A stretch of 64,000 nucleotides of DNA from an uncultured Thiotrichales bacterium (GTDB lineage Bacteria; Pseudomonadota; Gammaproteobacteria; UBA4575). Below the pieces are notes generated by a model. The model was not told where the DNA came from. It saw nothing but the letters and a program-made list of their open reading frames with translations, and did not search any database. The stretch lies in NCBI GenBank assembly GCA_964486815.1, contig CAZAOO010000014.1:16041-80040 (forward strand). Reading direction: 5' to 3'. Both the position numbers and the translations under genes were made by a program. This document shows, piece after piece, positions 53,968 to 64,000 of this stretch (the first letter of the stretch is position 1; the number at the start of each line of letters is the position of its first letter).

Positions 53968-56592
53968 CTACTGGTCTTCTTCCATTGGCTCATCAGTATC
54001 GGGCTCCTCAGAATTGAGATCTTCGGTATCAGACACACCATCATCTTGCGATAAATTCTCAATTCGTTCTACCTCAACCAATCGCTCATCATCAGATAGA
54101 CGAATTAACCTGACGCCCTGAGTATTGCGACCCATCTGCGATACGTCTTTAACAGGTGTTCTCACTAAGGTTCCGCTATCCGTAATCAACATGATCTCAT
54201 CATCATTTGCTACAGCAACCGCCCCTACAACATTTCCATTGCGACCTGAAGTTTGAATAGCAATAACACCCTGGCCACCGCGTTTTTGCACGGGATATTC
54301 TTCCATTAGCGTGCGCTTGCCATAACCATTTTCAGTCGCCACCAACACATCTGTAGAACTCATGTCCTCTTTTATGGTAATCAAAGATACTACTTGCTGA
54401 TCTTCTGCTAACTTAATGCCACGTACACCTGTAGCGTTTCTACCCATAGCACGAACATCGTTTTCCTTAAAGCGAATCGCCTTACCTGTATCTCCTACCA
54501 ACAAAATATCCGTATTTCCATCGGTAATCTCAACCCCAATAAGTCGATCATTCTCGCGTAAATCAACCGCCAAAATACCACTGGCTCGAGGTCTAGAAAA
54601 CTCGGTTAGTTTTGTTTTCTTAACTGTACCACTGCTCGCTACCATGACTATGTATGCATCTTCACTATATTCTTTTACTGGTAACACAACGTTTATACGC
54701 TCATCATCCTGCAAAGGTAAAAGATTAACGATTGGCTTACCGCGCGCTGTGCGGCCTGCTTGCGGTAGTGCATACACTTTTAGCCAGTAGACTTTTCCTC
54801 GACTAGAGAAACACAAAATTGTGTCGTGCGTATTTGCTACAAATAGCTGATCAACAAAATCCTCAGCTTTAACCGAGGTTGCTGCCTTACCGCGACCACC
54901 GCGGCGCTGCGCACGATAGGTATCCAACGGCTGTGACTTTGCATAGCCGGCATGTGAAAGCGTCACCACTACCGTTTCTTCCGGTATCAGATCTTCCATT
55001 GTGAGATCTGCTTGCGCATCGTTAATCTCGGTACGGCGCTGATCACCATATTGTTCGCGAATTTCTGCAAGCTCTTCACGTATTACTTTCAACAGGCGCT
55101 CTGGATCTTGAAGGATATCTAAAAGGTCGATGATTTTTTCTAAAAGATCGCTATAGTCATTAACGATTTTGTCTTGCTCTAAACCAGTAAGACGATGCAA
55201 ACGTAAATCTAAAATTGCCTGCGCTTGTGTAGGCGAAAGATGATACTCACCGTTATGCATACCACACTTAGCATCAAGACCATCCGGTCGTGACGAACCC
55301 GCACCTGCACGATCTAACATTTCGACTACGACACCTGGCTGCCAAGGTTTTGCAATTAACTTTTCTTTAGCTACCGCAGGACTTTCTGACTTTTTGATAA
55401 GTGCAATAATTTCATCAATATTGGTCAACGCAACGGCTTGGCCTTCTAAAATGTGCGCGCGCTCACGTGCTTTACGTAATTCAAATATGGTACGACGCGT
55501 AACTACATCACGACGATGCCTGATAAATGCTTGTAAAATTTGCTTGAGGTTCAATAAACGCGGCTGCCCATCGACCAAAGCCACCATATTAATTCCAAAC
55601 ACACTTTGCATAGCGGTGTGCTTGTATAAGTTATTTAGAATAACCTCACTCACTTCACCACGACGCAACTCGACCACAATGCGCATACCATCTTTATCAG
55701 ACTCGTCGCGCAAACCATCACCTGCAATACCCTCAAGACGCTTTTCTTTAACTAAATCAGCAATCTTGATGATTAAATTTGCTTTGTTGACCTGATAAGG
55801 TAGCTCTGTAACGATTATTCGCTCACGGCCACTCTTTTCATCTTGCTCGACATGCGTGCGTGCACGCATATGTACACGTCCACGCCCAGTTCGGTATGCC
55901 TCTGCTATTCCAGCCCGGCCGTTAATCAATGCAGCGGTTGGAAAATCTGGGCCCGGAATATGCTCCATTAATTCTTTGTAGTCCGCCTCAGGGTTATCCA
56001 TTAAAGCGATCGTGGCATTAATAACTTCCGTTAAATTATGCGGAGGAATGTTAGTGGCCATTCCCACAGCAATACCAGATGAACCATTGGCTAATAGATT
56101 TGGTATGCGCGTAGGGAATACCGAAGGCTCATACTCTTCTTCATTATAATTAGGAACGAAGTCAACAGTTTCTTTTTCAAGATCTGCAACAATTTCATGT
56201 GCAATCTTCGCCATACGAATTTCGGTATAGCGCATTGCAGCGGGCGCATCACCATCTACTGAACCAAAGTTACCTTGACCATCAACCAGCATGTAGCGTA
56301 GTGAAAATGGTTGGGCCATACGAACAATTGTGTCGTAAACCGCGGTATCACCATGCGGATGATATTTACCAATTACATCACCCACCACACGAGCAGACTT
56401 TTTATACGGCTTATTCCAGTCATTACCAAGCACACTCATGGCATATAACGCACGACGGTGTACCGGTTTTAGACCATCTCGAACATCGGGCAACGCACGG
56501 CCGACGATTACACTCATCGCGTAATCAAGATACGACTGACGCATCTCGTCTTCGATGTTTACTGAAAGTATTTCTTTGGCGATTGCAGCCAT
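53968..56592 (-). CDS. gyrA: DNA gyrase subunit A
   Basis: [32 protein letters not shown], the [30 protein letters not shown], the catalytic AAMRYTE Tyr, and an acidic C-terminal tail. Confidence 0.98.
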   Translation of the reverse strand: MAAIAKEILSVNIEDEMRQSYLDYAMSVIVGRALPDVRDGLKPVHRRALYAMSVLGNDWNKPYKKSARVVGDVIGKYHPHGDTAVYDTIVRMAQPFSLRYMLVDGQGNFGSVDGDAPAAMRYTEIRMAKIAHEIVADLEKETVDFVPNYNEEEYEPSVFPTRIPNLLANGSSGIAVGMATNIPPHNLTEVINATIALMDNPEADYKELMEHIPGPDFPTAALINGRAGIAEAYRTGRGRVHMRARTHVEQDEKSGRERIIVTELPYQVNKANLIIKIADLVKEKRLEGIAGDGLRDESDKDGMRIVVELRRGEVSEVILNNLYKHTAMQSVFGINMVALVDGQPRLLNLKQILQAFIRHRRDVVTRRTIFELRKARERAHILEGQAVALTNIDEIIALIKKSESPAVAKEKLIAKPWQPGVVVEMLDRAGAGSSRPDGLDAKCGMHNGEYHLSPTQAQAILDLRLHRLTGLEQDKIVNDYSDLLEKIIDLLDILQDPERLLKVIREELAEIREQYGDQRRTEINDAQADLTMEDLIPEETVVVTLSHAGYAKSQPLDTYRAQRRGGRGKAATSVKAEDFVDQLFVANTHDTILCFSSRGKVYWLKVYALPQAGRTARGKPIVNLLPLQDDERINVVLPVKEYSEDAYIVMVASSGTVKKTKLTEFSRPRASGILAVDLRENDRLIGVEITDGNTDILLVGDTGKAIRFKENDVRAMGRNATGVRGIKLAEDQQVVSLITIKEDMSSTDVLVATENGYGKRTLMEEYPVQKRGGQGVIAIQTSGRNGNVVGAVAVANDDEIMLITDSGTLVRTPVKDVSQMGRNTQGVRLIRLSDDERLVEVERIENLSQDDGVSDTEDLNSEEPDTDEPMEEDQ

Positions 56593-56776
56593 TTATGTGC
56601 TTTGTTGGAGGTTATTTATTTTCGTTCTAATGCACCGAATTGTAACACAAGTATAGGAGAGTGGGTTGAAAGAAAAGACATTTAAACTTCAACTGATTGC
56701 CTAAAAATCAATTTAATAGATTTATAAGCACAATATTTATGCCTTCCTGAGCTAAATTTTACCAGATATCACCAGA

Positions 56777-57820
56777 TTACCAGGATTTCATTAACTCCTG
56801 AATTTTGCTGGCATTTGGCGACTCAATAACACCTCTTTCTGTTACTAGAGCGGTTACAAATTCCGCTGGGGTGATGTCAAAAACCGGGTTCCATACACTT
56901 ACTCTATCTGGACCAATATCCCGATCTTGCACATTTGTGATTTCTCTATCTGCACGTTCTTCGATCTCAATCTCATCACCCGTATTGATTTGCATATCAA
57001 AAGTGCTGGTAGGAGCTGCCACCATGAATTTAACATTATGCTGGCGTGCCATTACTGCTAAAGAATAAGTACCTATTTTATTTGCTACATCGCCATTACT
57101 TGCCACACGATCGGCACCAACAATTATCCATGATAATTTTTTTTGGCGCATCAAGCTTGCAGCTGCACTGTCACAAATTAATGTCACGGGTATATTATCT
57201 TGTAATAATTCCCAAGCAGTCAGCCTTGTACCCTGAAACCACGGACGTGTTTCATCTGCATAAATAGCGGTAATTTTTTCTTGTGCAAAAGCACTGCGAA
57301 TTACCCCCAATGCAGTTCCGTATCCACCCGTCGCTAATGCACCTGCATTACAATGTGTCAGCACTACAGATTCTTTGGTTAATAGTTTTGCACCGTAATC
57401 ACCAAGTGCTTTGTTCGCCTTGATGTCTTCTTTATGAATGAGTTCAGCAGCACTTAACAGGCTCCGCTCCGGATCACCTCCTGACAAATTCAAAATTTCT
57501 TTGCGCATTTTTTCAACTGCCCACTTCAAATTAACCGCAGTCGGTCTGGCGAGTAGCAAATCATGTAAATCTTGCTCAACAAGTTGCTGCCAATTATCAG
57601 CAGATTGCTTGAAGCGTGTTCTTGCTGCCAACACCACAGCAAATGCTGCAGTAATTCCTATCGCTGGCGCACCTCTCACAACCATATCCTTGATAGCCTG
57701 AATAGCATCTGTAACTTCATGACAATGTACATATTGCACATCAGCCGGCAACTTGCGTTGATCTAAAAGCACCAAATGATTGTTTTGCCAGGCAATAGCT
57801 TGATCGGCTAGTGAAGTCAT
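56777..57820 (-). CDS. mtnA: S-methyl-5-thioribose-1-phosphate isomerase
   Basis: eIF-2B alpha/beta/delta-like family: LLDQRKLP, VRGAPAIGITAAF, LTHCNAGALAT and VGADRVASNGDVANKIGTY. The track start is TTG 57838; ATG 57820 (MTSLADQAIAW) is likelier. Confidence 0.9.
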   Translation of the reverse strand: MTSLADQAIAWQNNHLVLLDQRKLPADVQYVHCHEVTDAIQAIKDMVVRGAPAIGITAAFAVVLAARTRFKQSADNWQQLVEQDLHDLLLARPTAVNLKWAVEKMRKEILNLSGGDPERSLLSAAELIHKEDIKANKALGDYGAKLLTKESVVLTHCNAGALATGGYGTALGVIRSAFAQEKITAIYADETRPWFQGTRLTAWELLQDNIPVTLICDSAAASLMRQKKLSWIIVGADRVASNGDVANKIGTYSLAVMARQHNVKFMVAAPTSTFDMQINTGDEIEIEERADREITNVQDRDIGPDRVSVWNPVFDITPAEFVTALVTERGVIESPNASKIQELMKSW

Positions 57821-57984
57821 ATGTTTTATCCGCAGCAACTCTTTAATTTAATCAAGCTGCAAGACTAGGCACTTCTGACTTAAAAGTGAATACTTTTATC
57901 TATTCTGTAATGATTGCTTGATATATTGCAGCTATCAACAATCTGCTAAAGTCAGGATTAAAGCTTTAATAATCAGGTCAAAAT

Positions 57985-59322
57985 ATGGAACAGGTGCAAA
58001 CACTCATTCACGGGGAAACAATTATCCCCATGAGTGATCACACAAGAAACGCAGACAACACCGGCAACCGAGTATTAAATAATCACAGTATTGCAATACA
58101 AGATGGACGCATCCTGAATATACTGCCAACTTCTAAAGCCATTAAAAGATATTCAAGCAATTCTTCCCTAGACTACTCAAATCACATCATCATTCCTGGA
58201 CTCATAAACGCGCATACCCATGCAGCCATGTCATTGTTTCGCGGTCTAGCTCACGACTTGCCACTAATGGAATGGCTAGAAAATCATATTTGGCCAGCAG
58301 AACAAAAATGGGTCAACGAAGATTTTGTGCAACTCGGTACGCAGCTTGCCATTGCAGAGATGTTACGCGGTGGTGTCACGTGTTTTAATGATATGTACTT
58401 CTTTGCTGAAAAAACTGCACAAGTTGCAACCAAAGCAGGCATACGCGCGCGCATCGGTATGATCCTGCTTGATTTTCCTACTCAATATGCAAACGATGCG
58501 GATGAATATTTCTTTAAAGGTCTTGCATTATATGATCAACTAAAAGCACATCCACTCGTTAAGTGCGCATTTGCTCCACATGCGCCCTATACCGTTTCTA
58601 ATGCCCCTCTGGAACGTGTTGCAATGCTGGCTAATGAACTTGAGTTACCGGTACATATTCATCTTCATGAAACTCAAGTTGAAATATCACTAAGTTTGGA
58701 TCAATATAAAGTTCGCCCCTTACAACGTCTGCATGATATTGGACTTGTGAACAGCGGGCTACTTGCCGTGCATATGACTCAACTTGAAGATAACGAAATT
58801 AACCTGCTTGCCGAAACCAATGCAAATGTTGTGCACTGCCCACAATCAAACTTAAAGCTGGCTAGTGGATTTTGTCCTGTGCAGAAGCTTAGAGATCAAA
58901 ACATCAACGTTGCAATAGGGACCGATAGCTGTGCAAGTAACGATGATCTAGATATGCTTAGCGAATTACATAGTGCCGCGTTACTTGCAAAAGGAGTAGC
59001 CAATAACGCAGCAGCCTTACCAGCTTATGATACATTACGCTGTGCAACCATAAATGCCGCCATCGCTCTTGGTATTGACCAAGACACAGGATCTTTAGAA
59101 ACAGGTAAATCTGCTGACTTATCAATAATCGATGTTGGCACACTGGAAGCGCAACCTATGTATGATCCGATAGGTCATGTAGTGTATGCAACACAACGCA
59201 ACCAGGTTTCAGATGTTTGGGTGGCTGGAAAACAACTGCTAAGTAATCGAGAGTTATTAACTTTAGATCAAAATGAAATCTTAGCTAAAACCAAAGAATG
59301 GCACCAGAAAATCAACCATTAA
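57985..59322 (+). CDS. mtaD: 5-methylthioadenosine / S-adenosylhomocysteine deaminase (TRZ/ATZ amidohydrolase)
   Basis: [19 protein letters not shown] metal-binding HxH, VHIHLHET and [14 protein letters not shown]. It occupies the same position next to mtnA and ubiG as in Pseudomonas. Confidence 0.8.
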   Translation: MEQVQTLIHGETIIPMSDHTRNADNTGNRVLNNHSIAIQDGRILNILPTSKAIKRYSSNSSLDYSNHIIIPGLINAHTHAAMSLFRGLAHDLPLMEWLENHIWPAEQKWVNEDFVQLGTQLAIAEMLRGGVTCFNDMYFFAEKTAQVATKAGIRARIGMILLDFPTQYANDADEYFFKGLALYDQLKAHPLVKCAFAPHAPYTVSNAPLERVAMLANELELPVHIHLHETQVEISLSLDQYKVRPLQRLHDIGLVNSGLLAVHMTQLEDNEINLLAETNANVVHCPQSNLKLASGFCPVQKLRDQNINVAIGTDSCASNDDLDMLSELHSAALLAKGVANNAAALPAYDTLRCATINAAIALGIDQDTGSLETGKSADLSIIDVGTLEAQPMYDPIGHVVYATQRNQVSDVWVAGKQLLSNRELLTLDQNEILAKTKEWHQKINH

Positions 59323-59336
59323 CTTACACAGCGACC

Positions 59337-60068
59337 ATGACAAGTACACAAGAACAACCAAACAGTAATCCAAACAGTAATGTAGACGCGCAAGAAATTG
59401 CAAAGTTTGAAGCCCTGGCTTTCCGTTGGTGGGATAAAGAAAGTGAATTCAAACCACTACATGACATAAACCCGCTGCGACTAAACTTTATAGATAAGCT
59501 CGCCGTGCTAGCAGGGAAAAAAGTCTTGGATATCGGTTGTGGAGGTGGAATTCTTTCGGAATCGATGGCTAAGCGAGGCGCGACCGTTAAAGGTATTGAT
59601 TTAGGAGCAGCACCTTTGGCCGTTGCTAAAATACATGCCAAGGAAGAAAATATAGATGTCGAATATCAAGCTATCGCGGCTGAAGATATCGCACAACAAG
59701 AACCAAATTCATATGACATTGTGACCTGCATGGAAATGCTAGAACATGTCCCTGATCCTGCCGCTATCGTACAAGCTTGTGCCACTTTGGTGAAGCCTGG
59801 AGGACACGTGTTTTTCTCCACCATAAATCGAAATCCTAAAGCGTTTTTATTTGCCATTGTCGGTGCGGAATATGTGCTCAATTTATTACCCAAAGGTACT
59901 CATCATTATGAAAAACTTATTCGGCCTTCTGAACTCGATCATTGGATCAGACAAGCATCACTACATACTAATGAAATTATAGGTATGAACTACAACCCTC
60001 TAAAAAAAACCTATAATCTATCTTCAGACACCAGCGTCAACTACATCGTGCATTCACAGAACATTTGA
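59337..60068 (+). CDS. ubiG: Bifunctional 3-demethylubiquinol 3-O-methyltransferase / 2-polyprenyl-6-hydroxyphenol methylase
   Basis: [42 protein letters not shown] and [13 protein letters not shown] 59337 avoids the overlap with mtaD that the track start 59298 would create. Confidence 0.93.
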   Translation: MTSTQEQPNSNPNSNVDAQEIAKFEALAFRWWDKESEFKPLHDINPLRLNFIDKLAVLAGKKVLDIGCGGGILSESMAKRGATVKGIDLGAAPLAVAKIHAKEENIDVEYQAIAAEDIAQQEPNSYDIVTCMEMLEHVPDPAAIVQACATLVKPGGHVFFSTINRNPKAFLFAIVGAEYVLNLLPKGTHHYEKLIRPSELDHWIRQASLHTNEIIGMNYNPLKKTYNLSSDTSVNYIVHSQNI

Positions 60069-60101
60069 CCAAAGTCAGCTAAGTAAAGTTACGTTTTATC
60101 T

Positions 60102-60776
60102 ATGTCTAACAATCCTCGTGTTAATGCTGTGCTATTTGATTTGGATGGCACTCTAGCCGACACGTCGCCTGATATGGCAGATGCACTTAATAAATTATTC
60201 ACCAAGCATGGAAAACCAACTCTGGATTACAAATTAGTTCGCACAAACACATCTCGTGGCAGTATTGCGATGATTCAATTAGGGTTTGAAGAACCATTAG
60301 AAGAAAAACATAGCCTGCAACTTCGTGATGAGTTTTTACAGATATATGCTGATAACTTATGTAATCGAACCAAATTATTTCCAGGTATAACTGAGCTACT
60401 AGCGTTTTTAGACGGCGCCGAGATACCTTGGGGCATTGTTACCAACAAGCCCGGCAATCTTGCAGAACCATTAGTCCAAGAACTAGGCATCGCATTTAAT
60501 GCGGTATGCATGGTCAGCGGTGATTCTTTAGCGAAAAGAAAGCCAGATCCTGACCAATTGCACCACGCGGCCAATATGCTAGGTATACGTGAGCAAGATA
60601 CCATCTATATAGGAGATGACCCTAGAGACGTTATTGCTGGCCAGGCAGCAGGAATGAAAACAGCTGTAGCGGCCTACGGTTATATACAAGATAACCAGGA
60701 TCCTCGCACCTGGAATGCTGACGCCATCTTCCAGCAAGCCCTGGATCTTAAGAATTGGCTTTTTAGCAGCAGCTGA
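60102..60776 (+). CDS. HAD-IA phosphatase (phosphoglycolate phosphatase Gph / MurNAc-6-P phosphatase MupP-like)
   Basis: VLFDLDGTLADT (DxDGT), IVTNKP and YIGDDPRDVIAGQAAGM. Its position after ubiG matches mupP in Pseudomonas. Confidence 0.75.
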   Translation: MSNNPRVNAVLFDLDGTLADTSPDMADALNKLFTKHGKPTLDYKLVRTNTSRGSIAMIQLGFEEPLEEKHSLQLRDEFLQIYADNLCNRTKLFPGITELLAFLDGAEIPWGIVTNKPGNLAEPLVQELGIAFNAVCMVSGDSLAKRKPDPDQLHHAANMLGIREQDTIYIGDDPRDVIAGQAAGMKTAVAAYGYIQDNQDPRTWNADAIFQQALDLKNWLFSSS

Positions 60777-60790
60777 TCAACAATATCTAC

Positions 60791-62062
60791 ATGATTAATG
60801 TAGAACTCCAGAACGCATGGCAATTTGTGCTTATATGCGCAAGCCTTTGTTTATTAAGCGCCGCGCTAGGTGCGCTCATCATGCGCAGCCGCGCACGCCA
60901 AGAGCATGCAAAACTAGAATCCATGGCACAGCAGTTATCCATGCAACTGCAATTAGAAAAAGAACGTTATCTTGAAAAAATAGAGACCATAGAAGAATCG
61001 CGCAAACAGTTAGAAAATTCTTTCACAGTGCTTTCACAACAAGCGCTCAAATTAAATAATGAAAGCTTCCTAACATTAGCAAAAGAAAAACTTTCTCAAT
61101 TTCAAATTCAGGCTGAAGCGAACTTAGACAAAAAAGAAAAATCGATTGAAACACTATTGCAACCGATTCAATCAGCATTAAAAAATACTGAAGCTCAAAT
61201 TCAATCGATTGAAAAAGAACGCAAAGAATCTTTTGGTTCACTTTCACAACATTTAAAAATCATTAATGAGTCTCAAGCTGATTTAAGACTTGAGACACAA
61301 AATTTAGTTCAAGCATTACGCAGACCCGAAGTAAGAGGACAATGGGGTGAATTAACACTTAAACGTATCGCCGAACTGGCTGGCATGGTTAATCATTGTG
61401 ACTTTTACGAACAGCAGCAAAGCGAAAGCAGTGATTCACGTATGCGCCCCGATATGATCGTACGCATGCCTGATCAACGTGAACTCATAATAGACGCAAA
61501 AACACCATTAGATGCATATTTGAATGCAACTCAAACAACCGACCCTGAAATTCGTACCCAATGCTTAGCGAGACATGCACGTAATGTGCGAGAAAGAATG
61601 CGTGAACTTGCTAGCAAATCTTATTGGAGTCAATTTAAATATTCTCCGGACTTTGTAGTGCTATTTATTCCAGGTGAACAGTTCTTATCAGCAGCGTTAG
61701 AGAATGACCCTCAGTTATTAGAAGACGCTTTAAAAAACAAAGTAATTCTCGCCACACCAACCAGCATTGTCGCCTTACTACGCGCAGTAGCGTTCGGCTG
61801 GCGTCAAATAGCTGTGGCCGAAAATGCTGAAAAAATTCGCGAACTAGGCGAAGATCTCTATCACCGTCTCGCCACCTTTGCTGAACATCTACAAAAACTA
61901 GGGAAACATTTAGATGCTAGTGTTGAACAGTTTAATAAAGCAACGAGCTCACTAGACCGCCAAGTATTAAGCGGAGCAAGAAAGTTCACGGAATTAGGTA
62001 TCGAAAAGAAGAAAACTATTCCTGAACTTAAAATTGTAGAAAATACTCCAAAATCCATATAG
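60791..62062 (+). CDS. rmuC: DNA recombination protein RmuC
   Basis: N-terminal TM helix, then a long coiled coil, then the RmuC nuclease-like domain (RGQWGELTLKRIAELAGM, IIDAKTPLDAY, DFVVLFIPGEQFL). Confidence 0.9.
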   Translation: MINVELQNAWQFVLICASLCLLSAALGALIMRSRARQEHAKLESMAQQLSMQLQLEKERYLEKIETIEESRKQLENSFTVLSQQALKLNNESFLTLAKEKLSQFQIQAEANLDKKEKSIETLLQPIQSALKNTEAQIQSIEKERKESFGSLSQHLKIINESQADLRLETQNLVQALRRPEVRGQWGELTLKRIAELAGMVNHCDFYEQQQSESSDSRMRPDMIVRMPDQRELIIDAKTPLDAYLNATQTTDPEIRTQCLARHARNVRERMRELASKSYWSQFKYSPDFVVLFIPGEQFLSAALENDPQLLEDALKNKVILATPTSIVALLRAVAFGWRQIAVAENAEKIRELGEDLYHRLATFAEHLQKLGKHLDASVEQFNKATSSLDRQVLSGARKFTELGIEKKKTIPELKIVENTPKSI

Positions 62063-62200
62063 AACATTAGCTTAACAAGTCAGTAGATATTAATTAAGCT
62101 GACAGACATTGCGTATATAATATTCAATAGATTTCACAGAAACTTTCTAATTACTATAGGATACTTACGGTATTACCTTAAACCATAGCCCAGAATTAAA

Positions 62201-62830
62201 ATGTCGAATACTGCAAAAACTATTAGTCCAGATGTCGTTTATCATGCTGCTACCGTTACACGCCAAAGAAGAGAACAACTACTAGGCCACAATGGAGCCG
62301 TACTTTGGTTTACCGGATTATCGGGAGCAGGAAAATCAACTCTCGCACACGCAGTTGAAGAAGAGCTACATAGCCGGAACTGCCTTACCTACGTTTTTGA
62401 TGGTGACAATGTAAGACATGGTTTATGTGGAGACTTAGGGTTTTCACTTAAAGATCGAAAAGAAAATCTACGACGCATATCGGAAATGTGTAGACTTACC
62501 GCCGACGCAGGCATCATCGCTTTCACTGCCTTCATATCCCCAGTTCAACAAGACCGACAAGATGCTAAAGCTTTGATTGGTGATAATGACTTTATTGAAA
62601 TTTATTGCAAAGCCTCAATAGAGGTATGTGAAGCACGCGATGTAAAAGGCCTTTACAAGAAAGCTCGTGAGGGAGAAATTCCTAACTTCACAGGTATATC
62701 TTCGCCATATGAAGAACCTGAAAATGCAGACCTAGTCGTATATACGGGCACTAACTCCTTAGAAGAATGCACAAATCAAGTCCTTGGTTACTTATTTTGC
62801 AGAGGAATATTTTTAAGTGCAAGAAAATAA
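62201..62830 (+). CDS. cysC: Adenylyl-sulfate (APS) kinase
   Basis: LWFTGLSGAGKSTLA P-loop, LDGDNVRHGL-type motif (FDGDNVRHGLCGDLGFS), ISPVQQDR and VKGLYKKAREGEIPNFTGISSPYEEP. Confidence 0.93.
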   Translation: MSNTAKTISPDVVYHAATVTRQRREQLLGHNGAVLWFTGLSGAGKSTLAHAVEEELHSRNCLTYVFDGDNVRHGLCGDLGFSLKDRKENLRRISEMCRLTADAGIIAFTAFISPVQQDRQDAKALIGDNDFIEIYCKASIEVCEARDVKGLYKKAREGEIPNFTGISSPYEEPENADLVVYTGTNSLEECTNQVLGYLFCRGIFLSARK

Positions 62831-62917
62831 ATCGTAAATTTTCTTTAACATTGGATATATAATCTAAGGTCTGCATTACTAAAGAATAATTTACAACACA
62901 CATACTCAAATCGCTGC

Positions 62918-63679
62918 ATGACCAACCTCAATATAAATACATACAAACTTGAGGAAGGCCTACTCTCTAATAAACGTATCGTCATCACTGGTGCAACGGA
63001 TGGAATTGGTAAAGCTCTAGCTATATCTTGTGCAAAATATGGTGCGGAACTTTTGTTAATTTCCAAGAATGAGAAAAAACTTCGTGAGTTAGTGCAAGAA
63101 CTTGAAAATATCTCTGACTCAAAACATTATTATTATGCAATAGATTTCAGCATGGCTGGAGAAACAGATTACATAAAGTTTGCTGAGTATTTAGTTGAAC
63201 AAAACAAACCGATCGACTCTTTAATTTTGAATGCGGGTTATATGGAAGCTTTACAAGGAATACGTAATTTTCCACTGGAAAGCTGGTTACGCACCATTAC
63301 CGTAAACCAACACTCACCTTTTATGTTAGCGAAGTGCTGCATCCCCTTACTAGAGAAGTCTGCTGATCCGAGCATTATTTTTTCCACCCATGACTGCAGC
63401 AAAGCATACTGGGGTGCGTATGGTGCGGCTAAATCCGCTCAACTTGGCATGATGAAGATTCTAGCTAGTGAACTGGATGGTGACAAACCTATTCGAGTCA
63501 ATGGTATCGATCCCTCACCAGTACGCACTAAATTAAGACTTACCAATTTTCCAGGGATTAACCCTGAAAATTTTGCAACACCCGAAGAGGTTATCTCGCC
63601 TTATCTTTATTTTATTGGACCGGACAGCAAAGGCGTAACAGGAACAAATTACAAACGCAATGCTGATTTTACTGGTTGA
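62918..63679 (+). CDS. Short-chain dehydrogenase/reductase, YciK-like
   Basis: VITGATDGIGKALA, NAG and YGAAK (YxxxK) motifs. It occupies a position analogous to the SDR that follows mupP in Pseudomonas, although here rmuC and cysC lie between it and the HAD phosphatase gene. Confidence 0.8.
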   Translation: MTNLNINTYKLEEGLLSNKRIVITGATDGIGKALAISCAKYGAELLLISKNEKKLRELVQELENISDSKHYYYAIDFSMAGETDYIKFAEYLVEQNKPIDSLILNAGYMEALQGIRNFPLESWLRTITVNQHSPFMLAKCCIPLLEKSADPSIIFSTHDCSKAYWGAYGAAKSAQLGMMKILASELDGDKPIRVNGIDPSPVRTKLRLTNFPGINPENFATPEEVISPYLYFIGPDSKGVTGTNYKRNADFTG

Positions 63680-63714
63680 GAAACTGGGCCTAGCTACTAA
63701 CTCTAGCAACTATA

Positions 63715-64000
63715 TTACTTAACTTCAGAACCTGAGGTTAAATTTTGCAACGTTTTGAATTGGCTCGAAGTGAGATCTAAATATTTTCCTAGCCTCATAT
63801 CTTTTGGCAGCTCAATTGAACCGTAACGAGTACGCACCAAACGACTAACACGCAAATTTTGCGATTCCCAAATCCTACGCACTTCTCGATTTCGTCCTTC
63901 TTGTAGTACCACACGACACCAGGTGTTAGAGCCTTCACCTTCTTTCACTTCCAGTATTTTTAGCTTGGCAATACCATCTTCTAATTCGACGCCTTTTTGG
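63715..64000 (-). CDS. rluB: 23S rRNA pseudouridine synthase RluB-like, C-terminal part (the 5' end lies beyond the window)
   Basis: Hand extension of the frame to the window edge gives ...QKGVELEDGIAKLKILEVKEGEGSNTWCRVVLQEGRNREVRRIWESQNLRVSRLVRTRYGSIEL, the RsuA/RluB family C-terminal signature. Confidence 0.8.
   Translation of the reverse strand, partial: QKGVELEDGIAKLKILEVKEGEGSNTWCRVVLQEGRNREVRRIWESQNLRVSRLVRTRYGSIELPKDMRLGKYLDLTSSQFKTLQNLTSGSEVK

Noticed and set aside
54416-56630. Three sizeable plus-strand ORFs (54416-54790, 55394-55795, 56199-56630) listed in the track
   Set aside because: They lie entirely antisense to gyrA, whose translation is unmistakable. Their products are low-complexity Ser/Arg/Pro-rich strings typical of the reverse frame of a conserved gene.
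59298-59336. Upstream ATG for ubiG overlapping the end of mtaD by 25 nt
   Set aside because: The extra 13 residues are not part of conserved UbiG N-termini. ATG 59337 lies just after the mtaD stop and is the simpler model.
1-64000. Search for mobile-element hallmarks (transposase, integrase, tRNA attachment site, long terminal inverted repeats) that would define the EPS region as a classical genomic island
   Set aside because: None of the listed ORFs resembles a recombinase or transposase, no tRNA-like sequence was noticed, and the left boundary lies outside the window. Only compositional evidence for horizontal exchange remains.

Overview
AT-rich, apparently gammaproteobacterial chromosome segment. 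No rRNA, tRNA, CRISPR array, transposase or integrase was seen. Positions 1 to about 52.3 kb are one very large, densely packed exopolysaccharide (EPS) locus of the exosortase (EpsH/XrtA-like) / PEP-CTERM-associated type. Its conserved core lies on the minus strand at 49.8-39.9 kb: priming sugar transferase, exosortase fused to an EpsI domain, TPR lipoprotein, Wza-like exporter, chain-length determinant, BY-kinase-like ATPase and an outer-membrane beta-barrel. Downstream is a very AT-rich variable block at 39.9-19.2 kb. It holds a FemAB-like protein, a Wzy/O-antigen-ligase-like protein, a CapK-like ligase, many GT4/GT2 glycosyltransferases, a Wzx flippase and two clear CE4 deacetylases plus a divergent CE4-like candidate. 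It also holds a processive-synthase-like GT2, a GT-C enzyme and secreted FG-GAP/ASPIC and (alpha/alpha)-toroid-like proteins. A tailoring block at 9.2-19.2 kb encodes an LbH transferase, a carrier protein, a formyltransferase, an amino-acid-type adenylation enzyme, an SDR, a GlpD-like flavoenzyme, a methyltransferase, a GT4 and a PLP decarboxylase. The left end at 0-8.8 kb carries an AT3 O-acyltransferase, a GT2 pair, two secreted Ig-like/FN3 repeat proteins, a DUF5060-type hydrolase candidate and a flippase-like membrane protein. Two nucleotide-sugar genes sit at 50.0-52.3 kb. From 52.7 kb onward the window is housekeeping backbone: serC, gyrA, mtnA, mtaD, ubiG, a HAD phosphatase, rmuC, cysC, a YciK-like SDR and the rluB 3' end. 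Five observations seem most worth a second look. (1) A free-standing formyltransferase / adenylation / carrier / LbH cassette resembles a split F-A-PCP initiation module or a Dlt-like aminoacylation route feeding an EPS. (2) Two perfect and two near-perfect TGTGA-N6-TCACA (CRP/Vfr/Clp-type) palindromes all sit in promoter regions of the locus. (3) A 100 percent identical 252-bp in-frame tandem domain duplication lies in a secreted Ig-like/FN3 protein. (4) Two catalytic-motif-degenerate paralogues are present: a GT2 lacking DXD and a BY-kinase lacking the Walker A lysine and the Tyr cluster. (5) A synthase-type GT2 module is embedded in a Wzx/Wzy locus. All family assignments come from motif recognition by eye and memory of family names; none was checked by HMM or BLAST search.
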